DNA of 64,000 nt from Nemertoderma westbladi (taxonomy: Eukaryota > Animalia > Xenacoelomorpha). Positions 60,644 through 64,000 of the stretch are shown piece after piece. How positions within the stretch are numbered: the first letter of the stretch is position 1; every line of letters starts with the position of its first letter. The translations under genes were made by a program, and so were the position numbers. Below the pieces are notes generated by a model, which made no database searches, had not been told where the DNA came from, and saw nothing but the letters and a program-made list of their open reading frames with translations. The stretch lies in the NCBI GenBank assembly GCA_032718475.1, contig JAUCBJ010006900.1, positions 1 to 64,000 of the forward strand. Reading direction: 5' to 3'.

Positions 60644-63600
60644 TGTAAAAGCTTTTGTGGGATAACTGATTCGTTTGCCTTGTTGGCCAGTTCCCCCCCA
60701 GTCGCTAAGAATACTCTCAAAGTGATCTATAGTTAAAAATAGTGCAAGTTACCAGCTTATTGGCTGATTTGCTGTACGCAGGCATCTGGGCTCTGTTTAA
60801 TCGGCCAACAAGCCTAGGGAGGTTGCGTCATAGCCTTGTTTTTGTATCTCCCAATAGAATTTGAGTTAGCCTTGATTTTGACCTATCACAGAGCTGCTGA
60901 ACTGAAAATTTCCTATCTCACGGCTCTTTCTCTGTGTTGAACGGGAGCTTCGTGGAATAAGGGAGTTGGTATCCTCGTATAGAGCAGTAGTCACTAGTTT
61001 TTCAAAGCCACGAAAGAACGGCTTTTTAGAGTTTTATATTTTCTGCTTTTTAGCGCAACACTAGTAGGTTTAATTATAAGGACATATATCCGTTAACTGC
61101 ACCTCGCATTTAACTCGCATTTGACACACCGTAGTCACGGCCTTTAATAACTGGCTTTGTGAATACTGCATACTGCTATTTGTTGTCGGTTATTCATTAT
61201 ATTTGTTGATGAATTATTATATTGGAATAACGAGAAATAACCCCGACACCCAATATTCTTGATATACCGAAGGTAAGAGAGAAAGGTTACAGATAAACGA
61301 TTGTGACTTATGTTAAAGTGGTTTGAAGTGAATCTAATGTTATTTGATAGACCCTACATGAGTCAGTCTGTGTTCCTTTTATATGTGACTAAAATCAGTG
61401 AAGATCGGCAGATTAGTGTGCAGTATTGTGCAGCATTGTGTATGAGTGAGTCTGTTAAAGAAGCATTCCTAAAGAATGCGCCATATATGTGAATTATAAT
61501 TAAGCCATATCGTTGTGAGTAGTTTAAGTCATAACTCTGTTTATGTAGATAAAGCGCCACGTCCTAAAGGAACTGTTAATATTACCGAAGGTGAATAATA
61601 TTGTCAGAGATTATATAATACTGTCAGTCGAATAATACATTAGGCTTACATAGCAATAAAATTAAACCGTCGAACCCAATCTCCCGGGAATATCCAGCGG
61701 GTGAATGATCGCGCACAGATTGGTTTCGACTAGTGTAGTGAATCAAATACTTGTCATAGGCTAAAAAGCGATTTAATATCTAGAAGACATCTTAATTTGG
61801 CGGGTTAAACTGCCAAAGGTCTGAAAGCGCGAACATTAAAGGATATAGCTTCTGTATTGCAGTAGGCAATAAAGCTGAAGTACCGGCAACCGGTACCCAG
61901 TAGGCCTGACTACCTAACCACCCGGACCGGTACCTACAGCAGTACAGGTACAGCAGTATTATTCGATTTTGATAATTATATACCGGTAGGCCTTAATAAT
62001 TAATCAGGGAGGGCCCGCCCTGGTTTTTTATTGAGATTTTTACTTATTTCTGTCAAGTTTTATTTGTTTGTAGGCCAGTATTGAACAGAAGGCGTGTAAG
62101 CCTGATCAGATTGTACAGACAATTTGTAGGCTGAGCTGTTGTCTGATTGCTGTTAAGTCTGAACGGATTGCAGTGTGTGTAGATCACCTGTCCGATTAAG
62201 TACGGTTAGGAAGTAGGGGCAGCGAACGCTGTAAGGTAAACCCCCAACTAAAGAATAAGTCGCACTACTGGGTTAGAGCGCATACTCCCTAATCATTTTG
62301 GAGTCTGCATGTCCTGTAGTTTATTTAGGCTTGAGAGTAGTCTGCCATCGTTTGGTCTGTACTTTGTTTGTGTAAGTCTGTACGGGTAGCGTATAATTTT
62401 ATTTAAATAATTTGTAGGCTGGATAGTTGTCTGGCTGTTATTAGGTCTGAACGGATTGCTGCGTGTGTAGATCATCTGTCCGATTAAGTACGGTTAGGCA
62501 GTAGGGGCAGCGAACGCTGTAAGGTAAACCCCCAACTAAAGAATAAGTCGCACTACTGGGTTAGAGCGCATACTCCCTAATCATTTCGGAGTCTGCATAT
62601 ACCGTAGTTTGTTTAGGCTTGATAGTAGTCTGTCAGTGTTCGGTCTGTATTTTGTTTGAGTAGTTTGTACGCGTAGCGTAATATTTATTATTCAGAGTTT
62701 ATGCGATTATCCGCAACATTCATTCCCCAAGTTTGTTCCTACAGTAATTGTGTTTGTTATACATACCGCTATAGTTAAATTAACCCCGGTACTACACGGG
62801 CTGCTCGGCGTAGGTAAAGACTGGTGATTTTGTGCATCGGTCACTCCAGCAGATGCCGTGGTTCTTTTAGCTGTTCAAGTATATTTAACTACTGATTATC
62901 TGTTATACAAGTACTCGTACCTAATTTAGGGTTTAGTGTACAGTACTTTCCGAAGTAATTAGTGTAGACATTATATCTGTGTTGTAAGGTGGTTGATAGG
63001 CACATTCGATTAGCTCTATTAACTTCTAGGTAGGAACACTCCGTGATACATAACGTAGAACCTATAGCGATACGGCTATAGGTCGTCAGGCGGTGGTATT
63101 TTCCTATCTAGACAACGCAGTGTATTTACTACTACTTATTATTTCAAATACCGTAGTACCCTGTCCGTTGTAATAACCAGTTTTCTAACCCTTTGTTAGG
63201 CTGGTTTGTAGACTTCTTGTAAAATTACCCTAAAAATTCGTATTTGTGTTTTTGTAAATTTTTGTGTTTATTTAGAGATTGTAATCTCACCCGAATTGTA
63301 CGTAATTTGTAGTATTAAGTAACTTAGGTAAATTAGAATTATTTGTTTTAGTGTCCTATAAGTAACACTTCACTGAAAGCGCACCGCTTTGTGTAGTGAT
63401 TACCCCCCAGAAATAATAACATTTATTTCAACATTGACAAAACCCATTAAAACGGGTATATATATATTATAAATCAAATCTAACGATTTATAAATAGTAG
63501 GCCTACCATATAACAATTAGGTCTCAATATCAGTGGGATTACTGCTCAAATAACGGTAGTAAAGTAAGTAAAGTAATCAAGTAACCCTAAAATACAGAAA

Positions 63601-64000
63601 TTCAATTATTTAAAATAATTGATATACCGGTATTTACGATAGGCCTATTATCTTTATTTCTATAAATTTAGGCTGAAATTATACCGGTACTTATAATTAA
63701 TTCTAGTCCAGAATTATATATACTACAAACTGTAAACTGTATACCGGTATTCCCGATAGGCTTATTATATATTTATATATATTTGTGCTAAAATTATACC
63801 GGTATTCTGTGATAAACCTAGTCTGTAATAATACTTATATAGTTATATATACCATAAGCATACCGGTGTTCTAATATATTATATATCACGCTACACTGAG
63901 TAGCAGTACCGGTAATTAATTACTAGGCTAGCAGTTAATACTGAGTTACTAGACTTGCTCAAACTGTAATACAGCAGTAGACATTCAACGGTATACATAG
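60644..64000 (+). mobile_element. Third large BEL/Pao copy (divergent subfamily): 5' LTR plus ~2.2 kb leader, continuing past the window end
   Basis: LTR 60644-61835 (TGTAAAAGCTTTT...AAAGCGCGAACA); leader homologous to 23406-25232/37128-37951; window ends just before the expected gag ATG. Confidence 0.93.

Overview
Eukaryotic (probably invertebrate animal) heterochromatin-like window made almost entirely of repeats; no host gene is evident. It contains: (1) a ~10.5 kb GC-rich 52-54 bp satellite whose 5' edge runs directly out of a degenerate restriction-like-endonuclease (RLE, CRE-type) non-LTR retrotransposon coding fragment, so the monomer appears to be amplified retroelement coding sequence; (2) a small BEL/Pao LTR element (8827-14907) inserted in the satellite; (3) a Mag-like Ty3/gypsy element (18816-51122) split by a nested insertion; (4) four members of one very large BEL/Pao family with ~1.15-1.23 kb LTRs: a solo LTR (17533-18719), an outer copy (22265-49676, +), an inner copy nested in it (25233-37122, -) and a copy running off the window (60644-64000, +); (5) a Ty1/copia element (54869-59632), a TTAA-flanked MITE and several inverted repeats. 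The large BEL/Pao family is the most unusual item. It has no tRNA primer-binding site: the 11 nt after the 5' LTR are complementary to an 11-mer inside its own LTR, with compensatory changes across three divergent copies, which suggests Tf1-like self-priming. It also carries a ~4.2 kb extra ORF after integrase with a WRN/Mut-7-like DEDDy 3'-5' exonuclease signature, three CCHC-type zinc knuckles and a basic tail. All comparisons were made by eye; no searches were run.
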